Assembly (NCBI GenBank): GCA_934277435.1
Contig: CAKQUE010000001.1
Coordinates: 385,957-449,956, forward strand
Reading direction: 5' to 3'
DNA: 64,000 nucleotides
DNA from: an uncultured Alphaproteobacteria bacterium
Lineage (GTDB): Bacteria > Pseudomonadota > Alphaproteobacteria > RF32 > CAG-239
Position 1 is the first letter of the stretch. Each line of letters opens with the position of its first letter. The notes below the pieces were generated by a model. It was given only the letters and a program-made list of their open reading frames with translations, was not told the origin of the DNA and made no database searches. Of this stretch, positions 1 to 9,397 are shown in pieces. The translations under genes and the position numbers were made by a program.

Positions 1-99
1 ATTATATCTGCCGTGGCCGGCTTAATTTTTCATGTTTGAAGACTTGAAATTTAAGTCTTTAGATTATACAGTATAAAAAAATTTAGGGAGATGATTGTT

Positions 100-1122
100 A
101 TGAGCGAGCAAAATACAGTTTATGATGTGGTTGGAATCGGTAACGCTATTGTAGATGTTTTGGCTAAAGTCGGCGATACTTTTTTGAAAGAGCGCAATTT
201 GACTAAAGGCTGCATGACATTGGTGGAAGCGGCAGATGCTGGTAAAATTTATAATGATATTATTCCGGAACGTGAAGTTTCCGGCGGCTCGGCGGCAAAC
301 ACGGTTGCCGGTATGGCGTCGCTGGGTGCGGATTGTGCGTTTATCGGTAAAGTTCATGATGATGAATTGGGACAGGTTTTTAAACGCGATATCGGCGCCG
401 CCGGTATTGACTGCTTTACATCACCGCTGGAAGAAGGTCCGGCGACCGGACGCAGTATTGTTTTGGTAACGCCTGATGCGCAGCGCTCTATGTTTACATA
501 TTTAGGGGCTTCGCGCAAACTTTCTGTGGAAGATATTGATGAAAAGCTTATCAGCGAATCTAAAATAATTTTTATTGAAGGTTATTTATGGGACGAACCA
601 ATGGCGCATGAAGCGGTTTTAAAAGCTTGTGAACTGGCTCACAAATATGGGCGTGAAGTTGCATTTACGGTTTCTGACCGTTATTGTGTTTCTTCTCATC
701 GTGACCATATGTTGGATTTGATAAAAAATCATGTGGACTTGCTTTTTGCCAATGAAATGGAACTTAAGGCCTTGTTTGAAATCGAAGATTTTGCCGCGGC
801 ATTGGATATGATAAAACCAATGGTTAAAATTGCTGCTATAACCAGAGATTCCCGCGGCTCGGTAGTGGTAAACGGACGAGTCAAAATTTTTGTAGAAGCC
901 GAACCTGTAAAACCGGAAACTGTTGTGGATTCTACCGGTGCCGGAGATTTATATGCGGCAGGATTTTTATTTGGTTTGGTTAATAAACGCAGCCTTGGTA
1001 CTTGCGCGATGATTGGCGGTATTGCCGCATCCGAAATTATCAGCCATTACGGAGCAAGGCCGGAAGTTTCTTTGCGAGGATTTGTTCGCAATAAATTATT
1101 GCAATATGGCAAAAGATTTTAG
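100..1122 (+). CDS. PfkB-family carbohydrate/adenosine kinase
   Basis: N-terminal GG motif (VGIGNAIVD) and C-terminal PfkB signature DSTGAGDLYAAGF. GGGAG RBS 10 nt upstream of the ATG at 100; the ORF track begins at 91 in the same frame. Confidence 0.8.
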   Translation: MSEQNTVYDVVGIGNAIVDVLAKVGDTFLKERNLTKGCMTLVEAADAGKIYNDIIPEREVSGGSAANTVAGMASLGADCAFIGKVHDDELGQVFKRDIGAAGIDCFTSPLEEGPATGRSIVLVTPDAQRSMFTYLGASRKLSVEDIDEKLISESKIIFIEGYLWDEPMAHEAVLKACELAHKYGREVAFTVSDRYCVSSHRDHMLDLIKNHVDLLFANEMELKALFEIEDFAAALDMIKPMVKIAAITRDSRGSVVVNGRVKIFVEAEPVKPETVVDSTGAGDLYAAGFLFGLVNKRSLGTCAMIGGIAASEIISHYGARPEVSLRGFVRNKLLQYGKRF

Positions 1123-1130
1123 TAAGCAGA

Positions 1131-1176
1131 AATAAAAAAATATAAAGCCTGTTTGTTATACAGGCTTTATATTTTT
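1131..1176. terminator. Bidirectional rho-independent terminator between convergent genes
   Basis: Stem aaagcctgt / acaggcttt with a 7-nt loop, flanked by an A-run on one side and a T-run on the other. Confidence 0.7.
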
Positions 1177-1768
1177 AGAGTTCTTTTCGCGCTGATAGAG
1201 CCAATTGAATTGTTCCGTCATCCATATAATCAAGTTCTGCTCCAAGCGGAATGCCTTGAGCCAAAGTCGTGACCTTGACCGGAAATTCTTTGAGGCGCGA
1301 CAAAAGATAATGCGCTGTAATCTGACCGTCAATCGTTGCCGGCAGAGCTAAAATAACTTCTTTAATCACGCCGCTGGGCAAACGGGCAAACAGACCTTCT
1401 ACGTTTAAATCGTCAGGAGTAACACCATCAAGAGCCGAAAGTATGCCTCCTAAAACATGATATTGACCGCGATAAAGTCCGACTCTTTCCATTGCCCATA
1501 AGTCGGCAACATCTTGCACGACGCAGACTGTTTCTTTATCACGGGTGGTATCTTGGCAAACAGAGCATGGCTCTTGAGTGTCAAAATTACCGCATATCGG
1601 ACATTTTTTTACATTGTCTGCTACTTCTTGCAAAGCAGTGATTAAAGGTAAAAGAGCTGTTTCTTTCTTTTTTAAAAGCTGCAAAACAATCCGCCGCGCC
1701 GAACGTGTGCCCAAAGCCGGTAGCTTGGCGATAATCTTAGTCAGCTTTTCAATTTCTTTCCCTTGCAC
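1175..1768 (-). CDS. recR: Recombination protein RecR
   Basis: C4 zinc finger (CPICGN...CSVC) and Toprim domain. Conserved dnaX-ybaB-recR order. Confidence 0.95.
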   Translation of the reverse strand: MQGKEIEKLTKIIAKLPALGTRSARRIVLQLLKKKETALLPLITALQEVADNVKKCPICGNFDTQEPCSVCQDTTRDKETVCVVQDVADLWAMERVGLYRGQYHVLGGILSALDGVTPDDLNVEGLFARLPSGVIKEVILALPATIDGQITAHYLLSRLKEFPVKVTTLAQGIPLGAELDYMDDGTIQLALSARKEL

Positions 1769-1783
1769 GATAATGCCTCGATT

Positions 1784-2104
1784 TTAGAACGGAAGTTTCA
1801 AACCGCCCAAACCAACGCCGTTGGTGGCTTCTTTCATACCTTCTTCCATCATCGCATCAATTTTTTGATGAGCGTCGTTATAAGCTGCAAGAATCAAATC
1901 TTCCAAAACATCAACTTCTTCAGCGTTCATCAACGATTTATCGATACTGATTTTTTTCATTTCAGATTTACCGTTCAATACAACTTTAACCAAATTTCCG
2001 CCGCTAACGCCTTCTTTTTCTTCTTGCGCCAATTTGGCTTGAGTTTCTTGCATTTTACGCTGCATTTGTTGAGCTTGTTTCATAATTCCTTGAATGTTTA
2101 GCAT
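1784..2104 (-). CDS. ybaB: Nucleoid-associated protein YbaB/EbfC
   Basis: About 106 aa. Characteristic MQ-rich N-terminus and GGLGGLKLPF C-terminus. Position between dnaX and recR. Confidence 0.9.
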   Translation of the reverse strand: MLNIQGIMKQAQQMQRKMQETQAKLAQEEKEGVSGGNLVKVVLNGKSEMKKISIDKSLMNAEEVDVLEDLILAAYNDAHQKIDAMMEEGMKEATNGVGLGGLKLPF

Positions 2105-3817
2105 TTAATTATCCTCATCATCATAAGTTTCAGAATTTTCTTCCGGAACAACAAATTCAGCCGCTTCTTCATCTTCGGCGTCTTCAACCGCTTTCCGGAT
2201 AACGGTTTCTATTTTAGCACCACTGAACTCACTTAGTATAGCTTTTACTAAAGGATATTCAGAGATATTTTTTTTGTCGCGTTCCAGCTCTTTGTTTTCT
2301 TTAAAAGCCAGAGTTTCGCCAAGTGGTTCATAATCAATATCTATAACCCACGAAACGCCGGTTTCTTTGGCAAGAAATTTTCGCAAATTAGCAATTAAGT
2401 CTTTATCAGCCTTTTCTGAAAGAGCTATTCGCATTTTTCCGGCGGTAAATTCTTTGAACGACATATCGTTTTTAACGGCGTAAAGCAGCAGCATTTGCCT
2501 TTTGGCGTTTAACAGTTTGACTAATTCTTCTGGAGTGGATAGTTCAAAGCCTTCGCCATCTTCAGTCAGCTCCGAGGCAATATGCGTATTTGTATTTGCT
2601 ATACAGGTACTTGAATTTAGAACAATTTGCGGCTTATTCGCCAAATTATTCACTCTTGATTTTTTTTTTAATTCCTTCAGCAGGTCTGCAGGAGTCGGCA
2701 TATTAGCGGAGTAGGCTATGCGCATCAGTATCATTTCCAGCGCATCTATTTGTACATTGGCGTATTGCAGCTCGCTAATACCTTTTATCAGCATTTGCCA
2801 AATCTTTGAAAGTATACTAATCGGTGCCGCGTTAAGTTTTTTACACATTTCACGGTCATTTTCGCCAACAGATGAATCATTGATATAATCCGGAATGATT
2901 TTTACTTTTGCCAAAAGGTGGGTGATATCAACCAAGTCTTGAATAATCAGCATAGGTGTTGCACCGTCGCTATAAAGCTGATGTAAAATCTGTAAAACTT
3001 CGGCAACGTTGCCTTTAAGCAATTTTTCATACATTGCAAAAGTCTGCTGTCTATCTGCCAAACCCAACATATTTTTAACGGTTGCGTTTTCTATTTTGCC
3101 GTTGCCAAGCACAATAGCTTGGTCTAGCATAGAAAGTCCATCACGCGCCGAACCATCGGCAGCGCGGGCAACCATGTGCAGAGCTTCGTCTTCGGCTTCA
3201 ATATTTTCTGCCGCCAAAACCTTATGAAACAATTTGACTAAAGTTTCTATGCTGATACGCTGCAAATCAAAACGTTGGCAGCGAGAGAGAATAGTAACCG
3301 GTACTTTGCGGATTTCGGTGGTGGCAAAAATAAACATTACATGAGCAGGCGGCTCTTCCAAAGTTTTTAGCAGAGCATTGAAAGCACTTTTAGAAAGCAT
3401 ATGAACTTCGTCAATAATGTACACTTTGTAGCGAGCCATGGTTGGCTTATAACGCACACCGTCTAGGATTTCGCGCATATCGTCGACACCGGTTTTGGAG
3501 GCGGCATCAAGCTCAATTACGTCTATATGGCGGTCAGCGGCAATGGCTTTACAGTTTTCGCATTCTCCGCAAGGGTGAATTGTCGGGCCTCCTTTGCCGT
3601 CCGGACCAGTGCAATTTATGGCGCGGGCAATTAAGCGTGCAGTAGTGGTTTTACCGACACCGCGAATTCCGGTCAAAATATAGGCATGATGCAGGCGATT
3701 ATTTTGAATGGCGTTGGTTAGTGTTTGCACAAGCGCGTCTTGTCCAAGCAAATCTTCAAAAGTCTGCGGACGATATTTACGAGCCAAAGCTACATATTGC
3801 GTGTTGTTATCAGCCAT
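2105..3817 (-). CDS. dnaX: DNA polymerase III subunit gamma/tau
   Basis: AAA+ Walker A GIRGVGKTT, zinc module CGECENC, Walker B/DEVHML motifs. 570 aa. Confidence 0.95.
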   Translation of the reverse strand: MADNNTQYVALARKYRPQTFEDLLGQDALVQTLTNAIQNNRLHHAYILTGIRGVGKTTTARLIARAINCTGPDGKGGPTIHPCGECENCKAIAADRHIDVIELDAASKTGVDDMREILDGVRYKPTMARYKVYIIDEVHMLSKSAFNALLKTLEEPPAHVMFIFATTEIRKVPVTILSRCQRFDLQRISIETLVKLFHKVLAAENIEAEDEALHMVARAADGSARDGLSMLDQAIVLGNGKIENATVKNMLGLADRQQTFAMYEKLLKGNVAEVLQILHQLYSDGATPMLIIQDLVDITHLLAKVKIIPDYINDSSVGENDREMCKKLNAAPISILSKIWQMLIKGISELQYANVQIDALEMILMRIAYSANMPTPADLLKELKKKSRVNNLANKPQIVLNSSTCIANTNTHIASELTEDGEGFELSTPEELVKLLNAKRQMLLLYAVKNDMSFKEFTAGKMRIALSEKADKDLIANLRKFLAKETGVSWVIDIDYEPLGETLAFKENKELERDKKNISEYPLVKAILSEFSGAKIETVIRKAVEDAEDEEAAEFVVPEENSETYDDEDN

Positions 3818-3835
3818 TCTTTTCTAAACTCATTA

Positions 3836-3925
3836 AGGCGAAGGGACTTAGACCTTGTACAGACCGTTACGGCTGCTTTCTTCCGAACCTGACCGAGTTG
3901 GCGGTTTTCCAACCCTAAGCCCTTC
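3836..3925 (-). ncRNA. ffs: Signal recognition particle RNA (small 4.5S type)
   Basis: Minus-strand transcript contains GGUCAGGUUCGGAAGAAAGCAGCC, matching the conserved SRP domain IV motif. The 5' segment GAAGGGCUUAGGG pairs with the 3' segment CUAAGUCCCUUC. It lies immediately upstream of dnaX, the usual position. Confidence 0.8.
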
Positions 3926-3984
3926 ATTAATAAATACCCTTTCATAATGGGCAAAATTACATATTTTGCAAGCAAAAAATAAAC

Positions 3985-5346
3985 TTATTGCACGTTTAAC
4001 AAAATCTGGCGCAGCTCATCGGCGTTTTTGCCATAAATTTGCGGCATATAAAAATCGGAAACACCACTTTGCGCATAAGCCGGATTTGCTGAATAAAATT
4101 TATTAGATGCGGCTTCAATTAGCTGCGGACCATTAGCCGTAACTTTTACTATATCCAGACCATGCTCATTTTTTCCGTTAGCAAAAATTCGGAAAGCGCC
4201 GCTCAAACCATAGAAACCGTCAAGCGAAGTTATGGATTCTTTTAGGTAATCTTTATCTTTGTGCGATAAGGCAGAAGACAAAGCCACGGCGTCATAAGCG
4301 AAAATGCTGAGGTCGTTTGAACGTTGATTGAACATATCATAATATTTTTGCTTATAAATAGCCAAACGCGACATAGGCATTATCGGATAAACAGCCCCGT
4401 ATAGTTCTGTTTCTTTGCTTAGGTTGGTGTTGCCCCAAACAGAAGTGCCTAAAAACAAAACTTCGGGCGCAGAAACATCGTAATAGCTAAACATAGAGGT
4501 TATAGCTTTTAAGCGGTTTCCAAATTCCGGAACCAGTAGAGCGTCAAAATCCAAAGGTGCGATTTCTTCTTCTGTTTGTTCTTCTTTTTTGTCGTTAGGT
4601 TTTGTTTTTTGCTGCGAGGCGGTAACACGGGCCGAACCGGTTATTTGCGCCGCTAAATTAGTAAAATCCATACTGTTTGGAGCATAGAAACCAACTTTAA
4701 CAATAGATGCACCGTGCAGTTGAGCAGCGTTTATGGCTGCTTTAAACATATTGATACCGCTTTGGCTGTCCGGCAGCATAATAGCCAGTTTCATACGTCC
4801 TTGCGATACGGCATAGCGGATAATGCGTTCAATTTGCTCTTCATTTAACAAGCCCATAGTATAGACGCCATCTTGTAAAACATTGGGCGCGGTAGAAAAA
4901 GAAATTACCGGAATGTCGGCGCTTTTAGCCGGCTCGGTAATAGCAGAAACTTCTTCACCCAACAGCGGGCCGACAATTAAGTCGCTTTTAGCGTTAACGG
5001 CGTTTTCAACAGCAATGCGAGCGCCGCTTGTTGTACCTTTTGTATCATAAAATTGGACAACCAGATTGTTGTTATTGATGTCGCCTATAGCCATCATGGC
5101 GGCGTTTTTCATATTTTGCCCAGTATCACTTACTTTACCGCTTAAAGGTAATAGCATTGCGACTCGAAAACTATCGGAATTGCCCAAATCAATATGTGAA
5201 TAATCAGTTGTTTCCACCATATTTTGCGGAATACTGTTTTGGTAGTCAAAAGTTTGCTGTGGCATAGAGCCGGAATGCTGAAGCAAACTGCAGCCGGCAA
5301 GGGCAAACGATAAAAGTAGGGCGTTGATTTTTTTTAACACTTGCAT
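3985..5346 (-). CDS. LppC/LpoA-family periplasmic lipoprotein (penicillin-binding protein activator-like)
   Basis: Signal peptide with lipobox LAGC. Periplasmic-binding-protein-like fold. Divergent from rsmI and adjacent to yraN, as in the E. coli rsmI-lpoA-yraN locus. Confidence 0.5.
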   Translation of the reverse strand: MQVLKKINALLLSFALAGCSLLQHSGSMPQQTFDYQNSIPQNMVETTDYSHIDLGNSDSFRVAMLLPLSGKVSDTGQNMKNAAMMAIGDINNNNLVVQFYDTKGTTSGARIAVENAVNAKSDLIVGPLLGEEVSAITEPAKSADIPVISFSTAPNVLQDGVYTMGLLNEEQIERIIRYAVSQGRMKLAIMLPDSQSGINMFKAAINAAQLHGASIVKVGFYAPNSMDFTNLAAQITGSARVTASQQKTKPNDKKEEQTEEEIAPLDFDALLVPEFGNRLKAITSMFSYYDVSAPEVLFLGTSVWGNTNLSKETELYGAVYPIMPMSRLAIYKQKYYDMFNQRSNDLSIFAYDAVALSSALSHKDKDYLKESITSLDGFYGLSGAFRIFANGKNEHGLDIVKVTANGPQLIEAASNKFYSANPAYAQSGVSDFYMPQIYGKNADELRQILLNVQ

Positions 5347-5405
5347 TTTTCCTCAAAATATAAAACAATATCTAGAGTAATAATGCTTAAACTTGTTTTT
5401 GTAAA

Positions 5406-6248
5406 GTGAATTTGATGTTAAAAAGCGGTCTTTATTTGATTTCTACGCCAATCGGCAATTTGCAGGATATCTCTCAGCGGGCTTTAGACGTGTTGAATGA
5501 AGCTCCGATTGTTGCTTGTGAAGATACCAGAATGACAAAAAAACTTTTTTCGCTGTTGGGATTGCCGCTGCATAAAAAGTTTATTACTTATCAGGATCAT
5601 AATGAAGAGCAGCAGGCTCAACAGCTGATTGATATAATTAACGAAGGCAATGTTATGGCTTTGGTTAGCGATGCCGGTGCGCCATTGATTTCGGACCCCG
5701 GTTACAAGCTGGTTAGTAAGTGCCGCGAGCAGGGAGTTTATGTTACGGCGGTTCCGGGGGCGTGCGCGGTTATCACGGCTCTACAGCTATCCGGTTTGCC
5801 GACGAATCGTTTTTTATTTGCCGGATTTATCCCAAACAAAGACAAGGCGAGGGCAGATTTGTTTAAGGAGCTGAAAAACATCAACACTACGCTGATTTTT
5901 TATGAAACAGCACCGCGTTTGTTAAAAACTTTGGAACAGGCGGCGGAGATTTTTGGCGGCCGCAAAATTTCGGTTATCCGCGAGCTGACTAAAATGTATG
6001 AAGAAGTGCAAACAGGCAGTTTTGCTATGGTGCAAGCTCATTTTGAAGAAAACGAACCGAAAGGCGAGTTTGTGTTTATTGTCGCGCCGCCGGAAGAACC
6101 TCAATACTCAGTTGCCGATGTTCGTGAACTGTTGGCAAAACGCTTGCAGGAAACATCGCTGAAAACTGCGGTTAAAGAATTGTCAGAGCAATTCGGATTA
6201 AATAAAAATGAAGTATACGCTTTGGCGTTAGAGTTGAAAAATGAATAA
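5406..6248 (+). CDS. rsmI: 16S rRNA (cytidine1402-2'-O)-methyltransferase
   Basis: Tetrapyrrole-methylase fold motifs (LYLISTPIGN, VACEDTR, GAPLISDPG). Confidence 0.9.
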   Translation: MNLMLKSGLYLISTPIGNLQDISQRALDVLNEAPIVACEDTRMTKKLFSLLGLPLHKKFITYQDHNEEQQAQQLIDIINEGNVMALVSDAGAPLISDPGYKLVSKCREQGVYVTAVPGACAVITALQLSGLPTNRFLFAGFIPNKDKARADLFKELKNINTTLIFYETAPRLLKTLEQAAEIFGGRKISVIRELTKMYEEVQTGSFAMVQAHFEENEPKGEFVFIVAPPEEPQYSVADVRELLAKRLQETSLKTAVKELSEQFGLNKNEVYALALELKNE

Positions 6249-6597
6249 TTACCGCAGCGGTAAATGGGCGGAATTTTTAGCGCGTTTGTATTTGCGGCTG
6301 CATGGTTATCGGATTGTGGCCAAAAATATTATTGTCGGACGCGGAACAACAGCCGGCGAGATAGATATTATTGCCTGCAAGCATAAATGTTTGGTTTTTG
6401 TTGAGGTAAAAAAGCGCCGCACTTTAGATGAAGCCGCATATGCTATTACGCTCAAACAAAGGCAGAGATTGATTAGAGGCGCTGCGGTTTTTGTGGGTAA
6501 TCAGCCACAATATAGAGGTTATGATATTCGCTTTGACGCCGTGTTGGTCAAGCTGCCGTTTTCGATAAGACACTTGCAAAACGCTTGGACCGATTAA
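6241..6597 (+). CDS. yraN: YraN-family (UPF0102) endonuclease
   Basis: About 118 aa with conserved GE-D-I...VEVK core. Overlaps the rsmI stop. Confidence 0.85.
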   Translation: MNNYRSGKWAEFLARLYLRLHGYRIVAKNIIVGRGTTAGEIDIIACKHKCLVFVEVKKRRTLDEAAYAITLKQRQRLIRGAAVFVGNQPQYRGYDIRFDAVLVKLPFSIRHLQNAWTD

Positions 6598-7383
6598 TCA
6601 CAAGCCGGTAAAACGGGCAATTTTTTGCCCCATGGTTTGCGGCAAATGAGCAAGGTTTATATGTTTTTGAATCAGTGAAGTATCATAGTCGGTTTTGGTA
6701 CGTAACTGGTAGCGCAGTTCAATTCCAGTGCCGGCGGTGTAGTCGTTTTCCGGCAAAAAGCTTTTGACTTTGATAAACGGCGCTTGGTGGTCTTGCAGCA
6801 TTTGCACCGGATTGCGCAAAATATTTTCTTGTTTAAATGTGCGAATATAGCTGTTGCCGATAAAACCTTGTTCGGTTAAAAGCGGAGTTAACTCCATTTC
6901 ACAATTGTGTGCGTCATAAGCAAACGGAACGGAGCGCCAAAATTTGTGAAACTGGGCGTTTTTTATAACATCTTGAGAGAAGGCCATGCAATAGCTGTGG
7001 AGGTGAAAATGACTTTCATAGTCGGAAGTGGCACTCCAAAAGTCATAGCCTTTGCGTTCCATGGAGCGGAAAAAATCTTCTAAATTATATAAAGGACCAT
7101 AGACACTGTCATTGCATAAAATTAATTCATCGTATTTTTCTAGTTTTTCCCAGCCTAATTTAGCAATCAGATATTGCCAACAGCCAAAATCTTTGAGCGG
7201 CATATGCTGGGAATAAAACATTTGGGTATATGGTGCAATTTTGAACAATTCATCGGGCGGAAAACGTCCGTTACCCATAAAATATACCTCACTGATTTTG
7301 GATAGTTCTTTAATTAAATAAACCACATAGTCTTGGATTTTGTTGTCTTTATCATAGCCGGCAAATAAACAAATACGACGCAT
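6598..7383 (-). CDS. Putative polysaccharide biosynthesis protein, rhamnan-synthesis-F (RgpF)-like
   Basis: N-terminal ICLFAGYDKDNKIQDYVVYLIKEL resembles the RgpF family N-terminus. No signal peptide. Recalled from memory, not searched. Confidence 0.4.
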   Translation of the reverse strand: MRRICLFAGYDKDNKIQDYVVYLIKELSKISEVYFMGNGRFPPDELFKIAPYTQMFYSQHMPLKDFGCWQYLIAKLGWEKLEKYDELILCNDSVYGPLYNLEDFFRSMERKGYDFWSATSDYESHFHLHSYCMAFSQDVIKNAQFHKFWRSVPFAYDAHNCEMELTPLLTEQGFIGNSYIRTFKQENILRNPVQMLQDHQAPFIKVKSFLPENDYTAGTGIELRYQLRTKTDYDTSLIQKHINLAHLPQTMGQKIARFTGL

Positions 7384-7545
7384 TTTATCTTCCTTTCAAA
7401 TTGTGTGTGCATAAAGATAGTGGCAAAGAATCTGATTTAAAGTGAATTTAATAAAAATAAATCTGTGGTTGAGGTTGCAATATGGCTTGAAAAATAAAAT
7501 TTGGTATGTTAATTATAAAAATGATGTGAATTTTGGAGAAAATAA

Positions 7546-7887
7546 ATGATTGAAATGCCGGAAAATCTGGTGGAAATGGCCTTAAAAACTATGGGCGACC
7601 GCTGGAAAGTAATGATTATTCAAGAATTGATGGACGGCACCAAACGCTTTGGCGAAATCAAAAAAGAGCTTGGCGATATAACGCAGAAGGTTTTGACTTC
7701 TAATTTGCGTGCGTTGGAAGAAAAAGGAATTTTAATCCGTACCGTATATGCGCAAATTCCGCCGAAAGTTGAATATACACTGACTAATTTGGGCTATAAT
7801 TTGAAGCCGGTGCTTGATTCTATGCGCGCTTGGGCCGAAGAATATTATAACCAGAATATGAAACCTTTGTTGCCGGATATGGCTTAG
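7546..7887 (+). CDS. HxlR-type winged-helix transcriptional regulator
   Basis: 113 aa. HxlR signature (RW..MII.EL..G..RF.E) followed by a wing. Confidence 0.8.
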   Translation: MIEMPENLVEMALKTMGDRWKVMIIQELMDGTKRFGEIKKELGDITQKVLTSNLRALEEKGILIRTVYAQIPPKVEYTLTNLGYNLKPVLDSMRAWAEEYYNQNMKPLLPDMA

Positions 7888-7900
7888 GTTTATGATATTT

Positions 7901-7929
7901 GTAAAATAGAAAGACCGCCTAATGGCGGT
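7901..7929 (+). terminator. Rho-independent terminator
   Basis: aaagaccgcc-taat-ggcggtcttt followed by a T-run. Confidence 0.75.
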
Positions 7930-8031
7930 CTTTTTGTCAGTGATATAAATATAATTGCATAAAACAACGTTTTTTTACACCGTTTGAACAGATATTATGG
8001 ATTACGAGGGGTTGAAGTTCGTATTATATTT

Positions 8032-9171
8032 TTAACGCGGCTTATCAGAGATATATTCCTTTACTAATTGGCTGTTTAGCTTATTAGGTTGCTTCGGTGT
8101 CTTAGACTTATTTTCTTGAATGGGGTCTGTTCTTTCTGCTGTTCTTTCTGTTCTTTCTGCTGTTCTTTCTGTTCTTTCTGTTCTTTCTGTTTTTAGTTTA
8201 TTATGAAAATTAGTTAAATGTTCGGATACAGTTCTTTGAATTTGAGCTTGTTCCAAAGAAGCAATTAATGGTTTTTCGCCGCGGTGTGTGGCATTGATAT
8301 ATGTCGCTCTGCCGGCTTCGATTTCTTTTACCAGCGACTCCATTTTTTCAGAATCATTTTTTATTATAAAATCAAAATGCCACTTAGCCGACCATCTATT
8401 ATAATCTTCTTCTGACCTAAACATAATAAGCTGACCGTTATGTTGCATAACATCTTTAGGAGTAACTTCTTGGTGATGAACAACTTTAACATCTCCGGCC
8501 GCGGTATATTCAGTAATATTTCCCTGTTTATCAATTTCAGGCTTAAAATTCTCGCCATCCAAAATAAAAATATGTCCTTTTTTAGCTCCGCTTTCAAAAT
8601 CGGCAAAACGTGTTTCACAGCCTATTAAAATCGGATGATTTTCTTCACTATAATTTATGCTGTAACTGCATTTCTTTAATGCGTAAGCATAGCTGCCGTC
8701 TTGCGGAACAGGCACGCCTTTTTCATCAAAAACGGGTTGATTGTTGTCATCAGTTTTAGATGGAATACCAAAAACACGTTCCGGAATACCAAGTTCCTTT
8801 TGTAAATCTGCCCCCATCGGATAACCGGCTTCCATCAAAACTTCATAAGTCTCTTTGCCAGCTGTTTCAGGGTGATTTTTTCTATAGCTATCAACAAATT
8901 TCTGTTGCAAATCTTTGATTGCGTCCAATTCATTTTGTGTTTCTTTCGGAAAAGCCGGCAGCATCATTTCGGCGTCGCCGAGTTTTGCCTCCGGATGTTT
9001 TTTAGCATAAATATCCTTAAAAGTTTGTTCATCAACGTGTGTACCATGCACAATATATTTAGCTTTTTTTATTCCTTTGCGCTTTTGTGTTTGTTCTTGA
9101 TTAACTTTTGTGAGTACTGCTTTTATATCTTGCAAAAGTTTTTGGATTTCCGGTGAATAATTTTTTTCCAT
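8032..9171 (-). CDS. Hypothetical protein with C-terminal TER/TAER tandem repeats
   Basis: 379-aa ORF with no recognisable family. The C-terminus is encoded by 9-nt tandem repeats. No signal peptide. Confidence 0.55.
   Translation of the reverse strand: MEKNYSPEIQKLLQDIKAVLTKVNQEQTQKRKGIKKAKYIVHGTHVDEQTFKDIYAKKHPEAKLGDAEMMLPAFPKETQNELDAIKDLQQKFVDSYRKNHPETAGKETYEVLMEAGYPMGADLQKELGIPERVFGIPSKTDDNNQPVFDEKGVPVPQDGSYAYALKKCSYSINYSEENHPILIGCETRFADFESGAKKGHIFILDGENFKPEIDKQGNITEYTAAGDVKVVHHQEVTPKDVMQHNGQLIMFRSEEDYNRWSAKWHFDFIIKNDSEKMESLVKEIEAGRATYINATHRGEKPLIASLEQAQIQRTVSEHLTNFHNKLKTERTERTERTAERTERTAERTDPIQENKSKTPKQPNKLNSQLVKEYISDKPR
8126..8190. repeat. In-frame 9-nt tandem repeat (ttctttctg) with occasional 3-nt inserts
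   Basis: Direct reading shows ctgttctttctg repeated about six times. It encodes TERTERTERTAERTERTAERT. Confidence 0.85.
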
Positions 9172-9333
9172 GACGCAAATTCCTTGTTAATATTACATAC
9201 ATTATACGTCTTTTTGTCTAACAAGTCAAGGAGAACCTGCTTTTCAATAACCACCACAGATTGGTACCCGGTTAATCACTGCTTAAAGCTATAAAATTCT
9301 GCTTGATGACATAAATGACCATAAATTTTAGCA

Positions 9334-9375
9334 TTAAAGCAATGCTGCCTACATACACTGGCAACATTGCTTTAA
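9334..9375 (-). terminator. Possible terminator hairpin downstream of the 9398..10765 gene
   Basis: Perfect 11-bp inverted repeat ttaaagcaatg / cattgctttaa. The flanking T-run is weak. Confidence 0.3.
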
Positions 9376-9397
9376 TAAAACACATAGTTTGCCGTTA

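Noticed and set aside
3790-3975. 61-aa ORF upstream of dnaX
   Set aside because: It overlaps the SRP RNA gene (ffs). The RNA assignment explains the conservation of this region better.
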